Shown one piece after another: positions 53,674 through 64,000 of a DNA stretch of 64,000 nt. A program made the translations under genes and the position numbers. The notes under the pieces were generated by a model that saw only the letters and a list, made by a program, of their open reading frames with translations, did no database searches and was not told the DNA's origin. The stretch covers positions 7,832-71,831 of the forward strand of contig JAFGXI010000024.1 in NCBI GenBank assembly GCA_016936665.1. The letters run 5' to 3'. Origin of the DNA: Bacteroidales bacterium (lineage in GTDB: Bacteria; Bacteroidota; Bacteroidia; Bacteroidales; JAFGXI01). Position 1 is the stretch's first letter; each line of letters opens with the position of its first letter.

Positions 53674-55602
53674 ATGGAACAGAAAAACAGCATGATGGAA
53701 TCTAATCAAGAGCTTGAGCAAAATATGCAAGAGTTTGAGAACACTGAGACAAATGCAAATTTAGTAGAAAGCCAATCGGAAGAAGATTCGTTTTTTGAAG
53801 ACAATGCGCCTGAAATCGAGAGCGACGAAGACAATGAAGATAATGACATTGTAGTCGAAAATGACGATCACGATAAACAGTTGCCAGACTTTAATAAAAT
53901 GTCTTTAGAAGAGCTTTTAGTAGAAACAAACAAAGTAATTAATCAGTACGTTTTTGGCGAGAGTAAAAGGGTGATTGAAATCATCAAAACAACTTTTTAC
54001 ACCAAGCTAAATACTCAAAACGAGCAAGCCAAGCAAGCTTTTCTCGAAAAAGGTCTAAACGAAGCTGACTTTGTTCCGGAAGTTAATCCTATCGAGGAAA
54101 CTTTTAAAGAGTTAATAAAAGTTTTTAAATCGAAAAGGGCAGAGGCTCTCTCTGCTTTTGAAAAAGAGAAAGAAAAGAATTATCAAACTAAAATTCATAT
54201 AATCGATGAGATTAATGGTTTGGTAAACACTACAGAGCATTTTAATCAGGTTTACCATCGCTTTAAAGATCTTCAAGACAATTGGAAATCGATTAAACAA
54301 GTTCCATCCGATAAAATTAGAGAGTTAAACTCGAAGTATCAGTTTGTTTTAAATCAGTTTTACGATTATTTAAAAATTAACAAAGAATTACGCGAACTCG
54401 ATTTAAAGAAAAATCAGGAGCACAAAGAAAAAATGTGCGAAAGAGCAGAAGCATTATTAAATTCCGACAGTGCTAAGTCTGCTTTTGTCGAACTCCAAGA
54501 CCTTCATCAACGTTGGAAAGATACAGGTCCCGTATTAGATGAAGTTAGAGAGAATTTGTGGGAGCGATTTAAGGAAGCAACTAAAAAAATAAACGATAAA
54601 TTCCAAGACTATCAAAATAAGCTTAAAGTAGAGCGCGACGACAATTTAATTAAAAAAACAGAAATCTGCGAAAAAGCAGAAGAGATCAATACCAAAGAGT
54701 ACGACTCTCCAAAATCTTGGGAAGAAGCATCGGCTGTTATCGAGAGTTTGCAAAAAGACTGGAGAAAAATTGGAATGGTTCCTTCGAAATACAACGAGTC
54801 GATATACAAACGATTTAAAGTTGCTTGCGATGAGTTTTTTAGAACAAAGAACGATTTTTATAAAGGCTTAAAAGAAAGTCAGAAAGATAATCTGACAGAA
54901 AAGATGCAATTGATTGAAGAGGTTGAGGCGCTTGTAAATAGTCAAGATTGGAAAAATGCAACCGATAAAATTATCAAAATTCAAAAAGACTGGAAAAAAA
55001 TTGGCCCCGTACCTAGAAAAAAATCAGATGCAATTTGGAAAAGATTTAGAGCAGCTTGCGATTTGTTTTTCGATAATAAAACCAAACATTTTGAAAATCT
55101 TCACGGCGATGAAAATGAAAATTTAAAGCTGAAAAACGAATTAATCGAAGCAATAGATAAATACCAGCATAAAGAAGATATTAAAGAAAGCCTGAAAGAT
55201 CTTAAAGATTTTCAGAATCAATGGGCAGAAATTGGTTTTGTACCAATGAAACACAAAAAAGATATTCAAGACCGATACAGAACAGCCATCAATAAACAAT
55301 TCGATTCTCTTGATGTCGATGCCAAAGAGCGAGACCTATCGAGATTAAAACTAAAATTAGACAGTTTTATAGAATCTTCGAATGCTAAAAAATTAATATT
55401 TAGTGAGCGTAATAAGTTGGTTACCAGAATTAAAAGGGTTGAGGCAGATATTCAGCAACTCGAAAACAACATTGGCTTTTTCTCATCGGGTACCGCTAAA
55501 GGCTTATTGAAAGAATACGAAAATAAAATTAAAGTGAATAAGAAAAATTTATCTGACCTACAAGATAAAATTCGTCTAATTGATAAATATATTGAAGATT
55601 AA
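53674..55602 (+). CDS. DUF349 domain-containing protein
   Basis: Acidic N-terminus followed by about 5-6 repeats of the DUF349 signature (W(K/R)..G.VP......(L/I)W.RF..A.D.FF). Confidence 0.8.
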   Translation: MEQKNSMMESNQELEQNMQEFENTETNANLVESQSEEDSFFEDNAPEIESDEDNEDNDIVVENDDHDKQLPDFNKMSLEELLVETNKVINQYVFGESKRVIEIIKTTFYTKLNTQNEQAKQAFLEKGLNEADFVPEVNPIEETFKELIKVFKSKRAEALSAFEKEKEKNYQTKIHIIDEINGLVNTTEHFNQVYHRFKDLQDNWKSIKQVPSDKIRELNSKYQFVLNQFYDYLKINKELRELDLKKNQEHKEKMCERAEALLNSDSAKSAFVELQDLHQRWKDTGPVLDEVRENLWERFKEATKKINDKFQDYQNKLKVERDDNLIKKTEICEKAEEINTKEYDSPKSWEEASAVIESLQKDWRKIGMVPSKYNESIYKRFKVACDEFFRTKNDFYKGLKESQKDNLTEKMQLIEEVEALVNSQDWKNATDKIIKIQKDWKKIGPVPRKKSDAIWKRFRAACDLFFDNKTKHFENLHGDENENLKLKNELIEAIDKYQHKEDIKESLKDLKDFQNQWAEIGFVPMKHKKDIQDRYRTAINKQFDSLDVDAKERDLSRLKLKLDSFIESSNAKKLIFSERNKLVTRIKRVEADIQQLENNIGFFSSGTAKGLLKEYENKIKVNKKNLSDLQDKIRLIDKYIED

Positions 55603-55608
55603 ACTACT

Positions 55609-57903
55609 ATGAAAAAAAACTTGCTAATCTTACTATCTGTCTTTATCACCACTGTTCTTTTTGCACAAACTAGCAGTGTAAAAGGTTTTGTTTACGATAA
55701 AGAAACCGGAGAACCGGTAATTTTTACTAATGTTTATCTAAAAGGCACCAAATACGGCACGTCTACCGATATTAACGGATATTTTTATATCGATAAAATC
55801 GAAGCAGGGACCTACAATGTAGAAGTTAGTTTTTTAGGCTATGCAACATTTAATAAATCGGTTACTATAAAAGATGGTGAATCCCGAAAACTAAATATTA
55901 ATTTAGAGAAATCGGTCGAACGTTTAGGCGATGTAGTCGTTTCCGCTAAAAAGCAAGAAGCTAAAACTGAAGTCAGAATGTCGGTTGTTAAATTATCTCC
56001 AAAAGAAATAACAGCCTTGCCGAGTATGGGTAGCGAGCCCGATTTAGCCCAAGCCATTCAAGTGTTGCCAGGCGTTGTTTTTACCGGCGACCAAGGAGGT
56101 CAGTTATACATCAGAGGAGGTTCTCCAATTCAAAACAAAGTGTTGTTAGATGGGATGACAATCTATCAACCCTTCCACTCAATTGGATTCTTTTCTGTAT
56201 TCGAAACAGATTTGATTAGTAATGCAGACATTTACACCGGAGGCTTCAATGCAGAATATGGAGGTAGGGTCTCGTCTATTATGGATATCAATCTTAGAGA
56301 TGGAAACAAATTAAAACAAAGCGGTAAATTATCTTTAAGTACTTTTGGTGCTAATCTGATGTTGGAAGGGCCTCTTAAAAAACAAAAAGAAGACTCAAAA
56401 AGTGCAATTACGTATGTTTTATACGGCAAAACTTCGTATTTAGAAGAAAGCTCAAAATTGCTGTATTCCTATGCAAATGAAGATGGTTTGCCATTTTCTT
56501 ATAACGACTTATACGGTAAGTTAACTTTTAGTGCCGAGGGAGGAAGTAAAATTAGTTTGTTCGGGTTTCGTTTTACAGACCAAGTTTTGTACAAAAACGT
56601 CTCAAATTTTAATTGGAACCAATGGGGTTTAGGAACTAAAATAGTTGTCGTGCCAGAAAATGTACCTACAATTATTACAGTGCGTTCATCTTTTTCAAAC
56701 TACGAAATTGGATTGGATAACGACGATAATTATGATCGATACAGCCAAATCAATGGATTCGATTTTGGCCTTAACTTCCATTATTTTATGGGAAGAAACG
56801 ACTTCGATTATGGTGTTGAAGTAATGGGTAATAAAACCAATTTTACTTTTGCTAATTCAGTAGGTCGAGTTATCTCTCAGGTCGAAAATACAACAGAAAT
56901 TGCAGGCTATTTAAAACCTAAATTTGTCTCTGGTCGCTTCGTAGTTGAGCCAGGCTTAAGACTTCATTATTATGCTTCGCTCAATAATTTTTCTTTTGAA
57001 CCTCGTTTAGGAGTTAAGTTTAACATGTTGGAATGGCTACGTTTTAAACTTGCCGGTGGATTATATTCTCAGAATCTAATTGCAGCCACTTCCGATAGAG
57101 ATGTAGTGAACTTATTCTATGGGTTTTTATCAGGGCCGGATAATTTACCCAAAACATTCGATGGAGAAGAATTGACGACAAAACTTCAAAAAGCTAAACA
57201 TATTATAGTGGGTAGTGAAATAGATATTACTCGCGACATTAATTTAAATGTTGAAGCATACTGGAAAATATTCGACCAACTAACCAATATTAATCGTAAT
57301 AAATTGTACGACGATACATCAGAAAATAGCGAAGAACCCGATGAGTTAAAAAAAGACTTCATTGTCGAATCCGGTGATGCTTATGGCATTGATTTTACTT
57401 TGAATTATGAAAAAGAAAACTTCTCGGTTTGGTTAGTTTATTCTCATGGCTATGTAAACCGATTCGATGGAGATATTACTTATAGAACGCATTACGATAG
57501 AAGACATAACGTCAATTTAATGACTTCGTATAAATTTGGAAAAACTAAGACTTGGGTATTTGGTCTTCGTTGGAATTATGGAAGCGGATTTCCATTTACA
57601 CCTGTTAGTAACTATTACGAACAATTGGTTTTAAACAACAATATCGATCCAAATGTAGAAAGTTTTAACGGCCAAGTAGAAACTGTTTATGGCGACATCA
57701 ACTCATTTCAATTGTCAGATTATCATCGATTGGATATGAGTATAAAAAAATCATTTGAATTTAAAAAATCAAGCTTGGAAGCAGCCTTTACTGTGACCAA
57801 TGTTTATAATAGAAAAAATATTTTTTATGTCGATACCTTCGACAATGAACGCATTTACCAATTGCCAATTTTACCCAGTATTGGCTTGAGTTTTAAATTT
57901 TAA
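55609..57903 (+). CDS. TonB-dependent receptor with an N-terminal CarboxypepD_reg-like domain
   Basis: Signal peptide; VKGFVYDKETGEPVIFTNVYLKGTKYGTSTDINGYF (CarboxypepD_reg); plug motifs (LPGV, YIRGG, VLLDGM); a long barrel with a C-terminal ..LSFKF. Confidence 0.85.
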   Translation: MKKNLLILLSVFITTVLFAQTSSVKGFVYDKETGEPVIFTNVYLKGTKYGTSTDINGYFYIDKIEAGTYNVEVSFLGYATFNKSVTIKDGESRKLNINLEKSVERLGDVVVSAKKQEAKTEVRMSVVKLSPKEITALPSMGSEPDLAQAIQVLPGVVFTGDQGGQLYIRGGSPIQNKVLLDGMTIYQPFHSIGFFSVFETDLISNADIYTGGFNAEYGGRVSSIMDINLRDGNKLKQSGKLSLSTFGANLMLEGPLKKQKEDSKSAITYVLYGKTSYLEESSKLLYSYANEDGLPFSYNDLYGKLTFSAEGGSKISLFGFRFTDQVLYKNVSNFNWNQWGLGTKIVVVPENVPTIITVRSSFSNYEIGLDNDDNYDRYSQINGFDFGLNFHYFMGRNDFDYGVEVMGNKTNFTFANSVGRVISQVENTTEIAGYLKPKFVSGRFVVEPGLRLHYYASLNNFSFEPRLGVKFNMLEWLRFKLAGGLYSQNLIAATSDRDVVNLFYGFLSGPDNLPKTFDGEELTTKLQKAKHIIVGSEIDITRDINLNVEAYWKIFDQLTNINRNKLYDDTSENSEEPDELKKDFIVESGDAYGIDFTLNYEKENFSVWLVYSHGYVNRFDGDITYRTHYDRRHNVNLMTSYKFGKTKTWVFGLRWNYGSGFPFTPVSNYYEQLVLNNNIDPNVESFNGQVETVYGDINSFQLSDYHRLDMSIKKSFEFKKSSLEAAFTVTNVYNRKNIFYVDTFDNERIYQLPILPSIGLSFKF

Positions 57904-59517
<1,614 letters not shown>

Positions 59518-59533
59518 TTTTAAAAAGTGACTT

Positions 59534-61429
59534 ATGAATAGAGATTCATTGATTGGATTAGTGCTGATTGGAGCCTTGTTTATTGGCTATTTTATTTATA
59601 CACAGCCAACACAAGAAGAGATTGACGCAATGAGAGCTAAAGCGCAAGCAGAAAAAGATTCGATTGCTATGGTGGACGCTCAACAACTTAGTTTTCAAAA
59701 TCAAAGAGATTCCATATTAACAACAGAAACTACTCAAGATACACTAGTTTCCGACAGCTTGGCTCATGCAGAAAGTATTGCTAAGTTTGGCTTGTTTGCA
59801 GCTGCCTCCGTAGGAAATGAAGAAAACTATACTATTGAAAACGATTTAATCAAGTTAGTGGTGTCTTCGAAAGGAGGTGCTCCCGAATCTGTTCAAATTA
59901 AAAACTACAAATCGTACGGACAAAAAGATGTAGTGCTGTTTAAAAAAGACTCTTCAAAATTTGTTCTTAATTTCTTTGCCGATAATAAAATGATTGCCAC
60001 TGATCAGTTTTTCTTCAATAATGTAGAAGGAATTGCATCGGTCGATGCCAGCGGAGCTGAGAAGCGATTAACTATGCGATTGGATGCCGGCAACGGAAAA
60101 TATATCGATTATGTGTATAAACTAAGACCCAACAGCTATCTGGTAGATTTCGATATTGTTGTAAATGGCTTAGACCAAGAGTTGGCTTCAAATAGAAATT
60201 ATATTACGCTAGACTGGATGATTTATGCCCCACAACAAGAGAAAGGGGCTAAAAATGAAAACCAGTATTCGCAAATTTATTATAAGTATTTTCAAGACGA
60301 AACCGATTATTTATCTAACATGTCGGATGCCGAAGAAGACCTAAAGTCGCGTGTTAAGTGGATCGCTTTTAAAGATCAGTTTTTCTCATCTATTTTTATT
60401 GCTAAAGATTATTTTCCAAATGCCATAGTCAAAAGCCAACCTGTTTACGAAACAATTCCCGGGTATATAAAAAAATACGATGCTTCAATAGGCTTAAATT
60501 TACCTCAAACAGGTGATAAAATTATTCCACTTCAATTTTATTTCGGTCCTAACGACTACACTACACTCAGAGACTATAGCGAGGTTGAAGCAGGTGAAAA
60601 TTTAAAGTTAGATGTTATTGTCGATTTAGGTTGGGGAATATTTGGTTGGATCAATCGTTTTGTGGTTATACCAATTTTCGATACCCTTAAAAGTTTCATA
60701 TCAAGCTTTGGGCTAATTATCCTTTTAATGACTATCATCATTAAAATCTTTTTATTCCCATTGACGTACAAATCTTACATGTCGACGGCTAAAATGAAGG
60801 TGCTTAAACCTCAGGTTGACGAGATTAATGCTAAAATTCCAAAAGAAAAAGCAATGGAACGCCAACAAGCTACAATGGCCTTGTACCGCAAAGCTGGTGT
60901 TAATCCTATGGGAGGTTGCTTACCAATGGTCTTGCAAATGCCAATATTATTTGCAATGTTCAGGTTCTTTCCTGTTTCTATTCAATTACGTCAACAAAGT
61001 TTTTTATGGGCCGACGATTTGTCATCGTACGACTCCATTTTAGACTTACCTTTTAATATACCTTTTTATGGCGACCATGTGAGTTTGTTTACTTTGTTGA
61101 TGACCGCATCTACAATTATTTATACACGTATGCAGAATTCGATGAATCCTCAGAATACAAGCATACCGGGTATGAAAACCATGATGTACATGATGCCAAT
61201 TATGTTCTTGTTTTTCTTGAATAGTTATGCTTCCGGTTTGAGTTATTATTACTTTGTAGCTAACATCATTACATTTACGCAGATGTACGTTATTAAACGA
61301 TTTGTGGACGAAGACAAAGTTTTAGCAAAATTGGAAGCTGCTAAAAAGAAACCGGCTAAAAAGAAATCAGGGTTTCAAGCTAGATTAGAAGAAATGGCTA
61401 AGCAAAGACAACAACAAGCAAAAAAATAA
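59534..61429 (+). CDS. yidC: Membrane protein insertase YidC (long Bacteroidota form)
   Basis: N-terminal TM helix, a large periplasmic domain, a conserved 60 kDa IMP core (GCLPMVLQMPILFAMF, ASGLSYYYFVANIIT) and a basic C-terminal tail. Confidence 0.9.
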   Translation: MNRDSLIGLVLIGALFIGYFIYTQPTQEEIDAMRAKAQAEKDSIAMVDAQQLSFQNQRDSILTTETTQDTLVSDSLAHAESIAKFGLFAAASVGNEENYTIENDLIKLVVSSKGGAPESVQIKNYKSYGQKDVVLFKKDSSKFVLNFFADNKMIATDQFFFNNVEGIASVDASGAEKRLTMRLDAGNGKYIDYVYKLRPNSYLVDFDIVVNGLDQELASNRNYITLDWMIYAPQQEKGAKNENQYSQIYYKYFQDETDYLSNMSDAEEDLKSRVKWIAFKDQFFSSIFIAKDYFPNAIVKSQPVYETIPGYIKKYDASIGLNLPQTGDKIIPLQFYFGPNDYTTLRDYSEVEAGENLKLDVIVDLGWGIFGWINRFVVIPIFDTLKSFISSFGLIILLMTIIIKIFLFPLTYKSYMSTAKMKVLKPQVDEINAKIPKEKAMERQQATMALYRKAGVNPMGGCLPMVLQMPILFAMFRFFPVSIQLRQQSFLWADDLSSYDSILDLPFNIPFYGDHVSLFTLLMTASTIIYTRMQNSMNPQNTSIPGMKTMMYMMPIMFLFFLNSYASGLSYYYFVANIITFTQMYVIKRFVDEDKVLAKLEAAKKKPAKKKSGFQARLEEMAKQRQQQAKK

Positions 61430-61444
61430 GCTAGTTATATCAAA

Positions 61445-62302
61445 ATGAGGACATCTGTATTGTCAGTTTTAATTATTAATCTTATAGGAAATGCTTTCTC
61501 GCAAAGCTTGTTGTGGAAAATTTCGGGCAATGGCTTAAAGGAAGACTCTTATTTGTATGGTACAATTCATATTCAAGATAACAGAGTGTTTTTATACGGC
61601 GATACGGTTTTAAATGCATTTAATAACTGTAATGCTTATGCAATGGAGGTTGTTATCGACGAAATTGATAAATCGGCTTTAGAAGAAGTCATATATTTGA
61701 AAGAGGGCTCTATAAAAGATTATTTAAGCGACGAAGAATACCAGAAGCTCGATGATTATTGCAAAGAAAAAATAGGCGCAGGCTTAGAGATGTTAAAAAA
61801 GATGAAACCCTTTTTCCTGTCTTCACAACTTATGCAAGTCGATATGCCTAAAGATAGACCATTAGCTTTAGATGCCGATTTTTTAAATATGGCTAGAAAA
61901 CAAGGGAAATTGGTATTAGGGATCGAAGAACTTTCAGATCAGTTAGGAGCAATCGACGAAATTCCTGTCGAGGAACAAGTTAATATGCTCATGGCTAACG
62001 TTAATGATACCATGAAAGCCCAAAATCAGTTCGAAGCTTTAATCGATGCCTATCTTCTTGGTGATTTTGAATCCATACAAACTTTAATGGCCGACACCAG
62101 TTTGCCAAAAGAATTTGAAGAAGCGATGCTGATAAAGCGTAACAAAGGAATGGCTAAAAATATTGCAAAATACATCAAAAAACAATCGACCTTTAATGCT
62201 ATTGGAGCGGCTCATTTACCGGGCGAAAAAGGAGTAATTGCGCTTCTTAGGAAAAAAGGATTTACCGTAGAACCAGTTCCTTTTACCTTCAATAAACAAT
62301 GA
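61445..62302 (+). CDS. TraB/GumN family protein
   Basis: Signal peptide, LLWKISGNGLKEDSYLYGTIHI, and a late GAAHLPGEKGV motif typical of the TraB/GumN family. Confidence 0.8.
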   Translation: MRTSVLSVLIINLIGNAFSQSLLWKISGNGLKEDSYLYGTIHIQDNRVFLYGDTVLNAFNNCNAYAMEVVIDEIDKSALEEVIYLKEGSIKDYLSDEEYQKLDDYCKEKIGAGLEMLKKMKPFFLSSQLMQVDMPKDRPLALDADFLNMARKQGKLVLGIEELSDQLGAIDEIPVEEQVNMLMANVNDTMKAQNQFEALIDAYLLGDFESIQTLMADTSLPKEFEEAMLIKRNKGMAKNIAKYIKKQSTFNAIGAAHLPGEKGVIALLRKKGFTVEPVPFTFNKQ

Positions 62303-62371
62303 AGAATACATAACTTTCTTTGTCAGTTATAAATCTAAAATATTGGATAATCAGTTTAAAATTATTAATTG

Positions 62372-63664
62372 ATGGATTTTATTAAAGAATTAGAATGGCG
62401 TGGCATGGTACACGATATGATGCATGGTTTAGACGAAATACTTAAAAAAGAAATGGTAGCAGGTTATGTCGGTATCGACCCTACTGCCGATTCTCTACAT
62501 ATTGGACATTTAGTGTCTGTTATGATGCTTAAGCATCTTCAAGTGGCAGGACACAAACCAATCGCTTTAGTTGGTGGCGCTACGGGAATGATTGGCGACC
62601 CCTCGGGAAAATCGGAAGAACGAAATTTATTAGACGAAGCAACATTACGTCACAATGAGAATGCGATTAAAAAACAGCTTTCAAAATTTTTAGACTTTAA
62701 TGAAGCTTCAAAAAACAATGCTGTTCTAGTAAATAATTACGATTGGATGAAAAATTATTCCTTTCTGGAATTTATTCGCGATATCGGAAAGCACATCACT
62801 GTGAATTATATGATGTCTAAAGAATCAGTCAAGAAACGCTTGGGTGCAGAAGCTAAAGCTGGAATGTCGTTTACCGAATTTACCTATCAGTTGGTTCAGG
62901 GTAACGATTTTTTAGAATTGTATAATGCTCATAATTGCAAGTTACAAATGGGTGGGGCCGATCAGTGGGGAAATATTACAACAGGTACCGAACTGATTAG
63001 AAGAAAAGTAGGCGGACATGCTTTTGCGGTTACTTGCCCGCTTATCACAAAATCGGATGGTAAAAAGTTTGGTAAAACAGAGACTGGTAATGTTTGGCTC
63101 GATCCTGAAAAAACTACACCATACGAATTTTATCAGTTTTGGCTCAATGTATCGGATGAAGATGCCGAAAAATACATTAAGATTTTTACTTTATTAGACG
63201 AGGCAACAGTAAAAGAATTAGTAAATAAACATCGAGTAGAACCTCATCTAAGAGAATTGCAACAAGTTTTAGCTAAGGAAGTAACCACCATGGTTCATTC
63301 TGCCGAAGATTATGAAATGGCTGTAGAAGCATCTAATATTTTATTTGGTAAAGCCACAGCTGATTCGTTATCTAAATTAGACGAAAAAACGTTCTTAGCA
63401 GTTTTCGATGGGGTGCCAACTTTTAATGTGTCAGCAGATCTTATTCAAAAAGGAGTCAATATTGTGGATCTACTGGCAGAAGAAACACAAGTGTTTGCTT
63501 CGAAAGGGGAATTGCGGCGCTTAATGAAGGATAATGGCTTAAGCATAAATAAAGAAAAAAGCAATAATCAAGAGACTATAATCGATGCTAAAAACTTGAT
63601 TAATGATAAATATATTCTAGTGCAAAAAGGCAAAAAGAATTATTTTTTAATTGTTGTTGCGTAA
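62372..63664 (+). CDS. tyrS: Tyrosine--tRNA ligase
   Basis: HIGH motif (SLHIGHLV), KMSKS-type [13 protein letters not shown], and a C-terminal S4-like domain. ATG at 62372 preferred over TTG at 62369. Confidence 0.95.
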   Translation: MDFIKELEWRGMVHDMMHGLDEILKKEMVAGYVGIDPTADSLHIGHLVSVMMLKHLQVAGHKPIALVGGATGMIGDPSGKSEERNLLDEATLRHNENAIKKQLSKFLDFNEASKNNAVLVNNYDWMKNYSFLEFIRDIGKHITVNYMMSKESVKKRLGAEAKAGMSFTEFTYQLVQGNDFLELYNAHNCKLQMGGADQWGNITTGTELIRRKVGGHAFAVTCPLITKSDGKKFGKTETGNVWLDPEKTTPYEFYQFWLNVSDEDAEKYIKIFTLLDEATVKELVNKHRVEPHLRELQQVLAKEVTTMVHSAEDYEMAVEASNILFGKATADSLSKLDEKTFLAVFDGVPTFNVSADLIQKGVNIVDLLAEETQVFASKGELRRLMKDNGLSINKEKSNNQETIIDAKNLINDKYILVQKGKKNYFLIVVA

Positions 63665-63678
63665 CAAAGTATCTAATA

Positions 63679-63719
63679 AAAAAACCTCCAGTGCTTTTAA
63701 TAATCATTGGAGGTTTTTT
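63679..63719. terminator. Bidirectional terminator between tyrS and the convergent carboxyltransferase gene
   Basis: AAAAAAACCTCCAGTG...CATTGGAGGTTTTTT: 9-bp stem (one G-U pair) flanked by an A run and a T run. Confidence 0.75.
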
Positions 63720-63738
63720 ATGTCTAAAAGAATCTTCT

Positions 63739-64000
63739 TAAGCGCGAATAACCCCTGTAATATATGGTTCTTTTATAGGGTTGTGATTAGCCGCTTCTAT
63801 ACCCATAGAAATCACCCTTCGGGTTTCTAAGGGGTCAATTATCATATCGACTCTTAAATGCGCTGCGGCATGATAAGGAGACGTTTGTTTAGTATATCGA
63901 TCTGTAATTTCTGTTAATAATTTTTCTTCATCATCTATTGAGATGGTTTCGCCTTTCGCTTTTAAAGTTGCTACCTGAATTTGTAATAATGTTTTTGCTG
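63739..64000 (-). CDS. Acyl-CoA carboxylase carboxyltransferase (beta) subunit, C-terminal fragment (5' end lies outside the window)
   Basis: My manual minus-strand translation reads ...SPYHAAAHLRVDMIIDPLETRRVISMGIEAANHNPIKEPYITGVIRA*. This matches the conserved C-terminus of propionyl-CoA/methylmalonyl-CoA carboxyltransferases. It is absent from the ORF track because no start codon lies in the window. Confidence 0.7.

Overview
The window is a low-GC, densely coding chromosomal segment. It looks like Bacteroidota: it carries T9SS type A and type B C-terminal sorting domains, a PorP/SprF gene, a CarboxypepD_reg-type TonB receptor, an archaeal-type ProRS and an insertion-bearing Rho. About 45 CDS cover nearly all of it. 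I found no rRNA, tRNA, CRISPR array, transposase or integrase. Housekeeping genes: ahcY (partial), rho, pgi, selU, selD, proS, rimO, lgt, ychF, iorAB, pyrG, yidC, tyrS, and a partial acyl-CoA carboxyltransferase at the right edge that the ORF track missed. Accessory content is a roughly 14 kb minus-strand exopolysaccharide/O-antigen-like locus (32.4-46.3 kb). Directly upstream of it on the same strand sits a tightly coupled T9SS type B cargo operon (giant adhesin, PorP/SprF, OmpA; 46.4-53.5 kb). The most notable observations are these. (1) selD is a selenoprotein gene: an in-frame TGA at 5621-5623 aligns with the catalytic Cys/Sec of the GAG(C/U)GCK motif. The ORF track therefore lost the first 117 codons. 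A candidate SECIS hairpin follows the TGA. (2) The initiating phosphoglycosyl transferase of the EPS locus carries an N-terminal receiver-like domain and sits behind a stand-alone CheY-like regulator. The same locus has a Wzc-like protein with a degenerate kinase domain and no Tyr tail, and a half-size TolC-like protein where Wza would be expected. (3) A lipoprotein with a Tyr/Gly/Trp-rich domain and a roughly 150-residue Ser/Arg tail is co-oriented with a FadL-like barrel gene. (4) A 1221-aa protein combines a periplasmic propeller/Y_Y_Y sensor, one TM helix, a class III cyclase and an HD domain. (5) Rho carries a roughly 170-aa N/Q/K-rich insertion containing a 2 x 39 nt in-frame duplication. 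All family calls come from reading motifs by eye. No database search was run.
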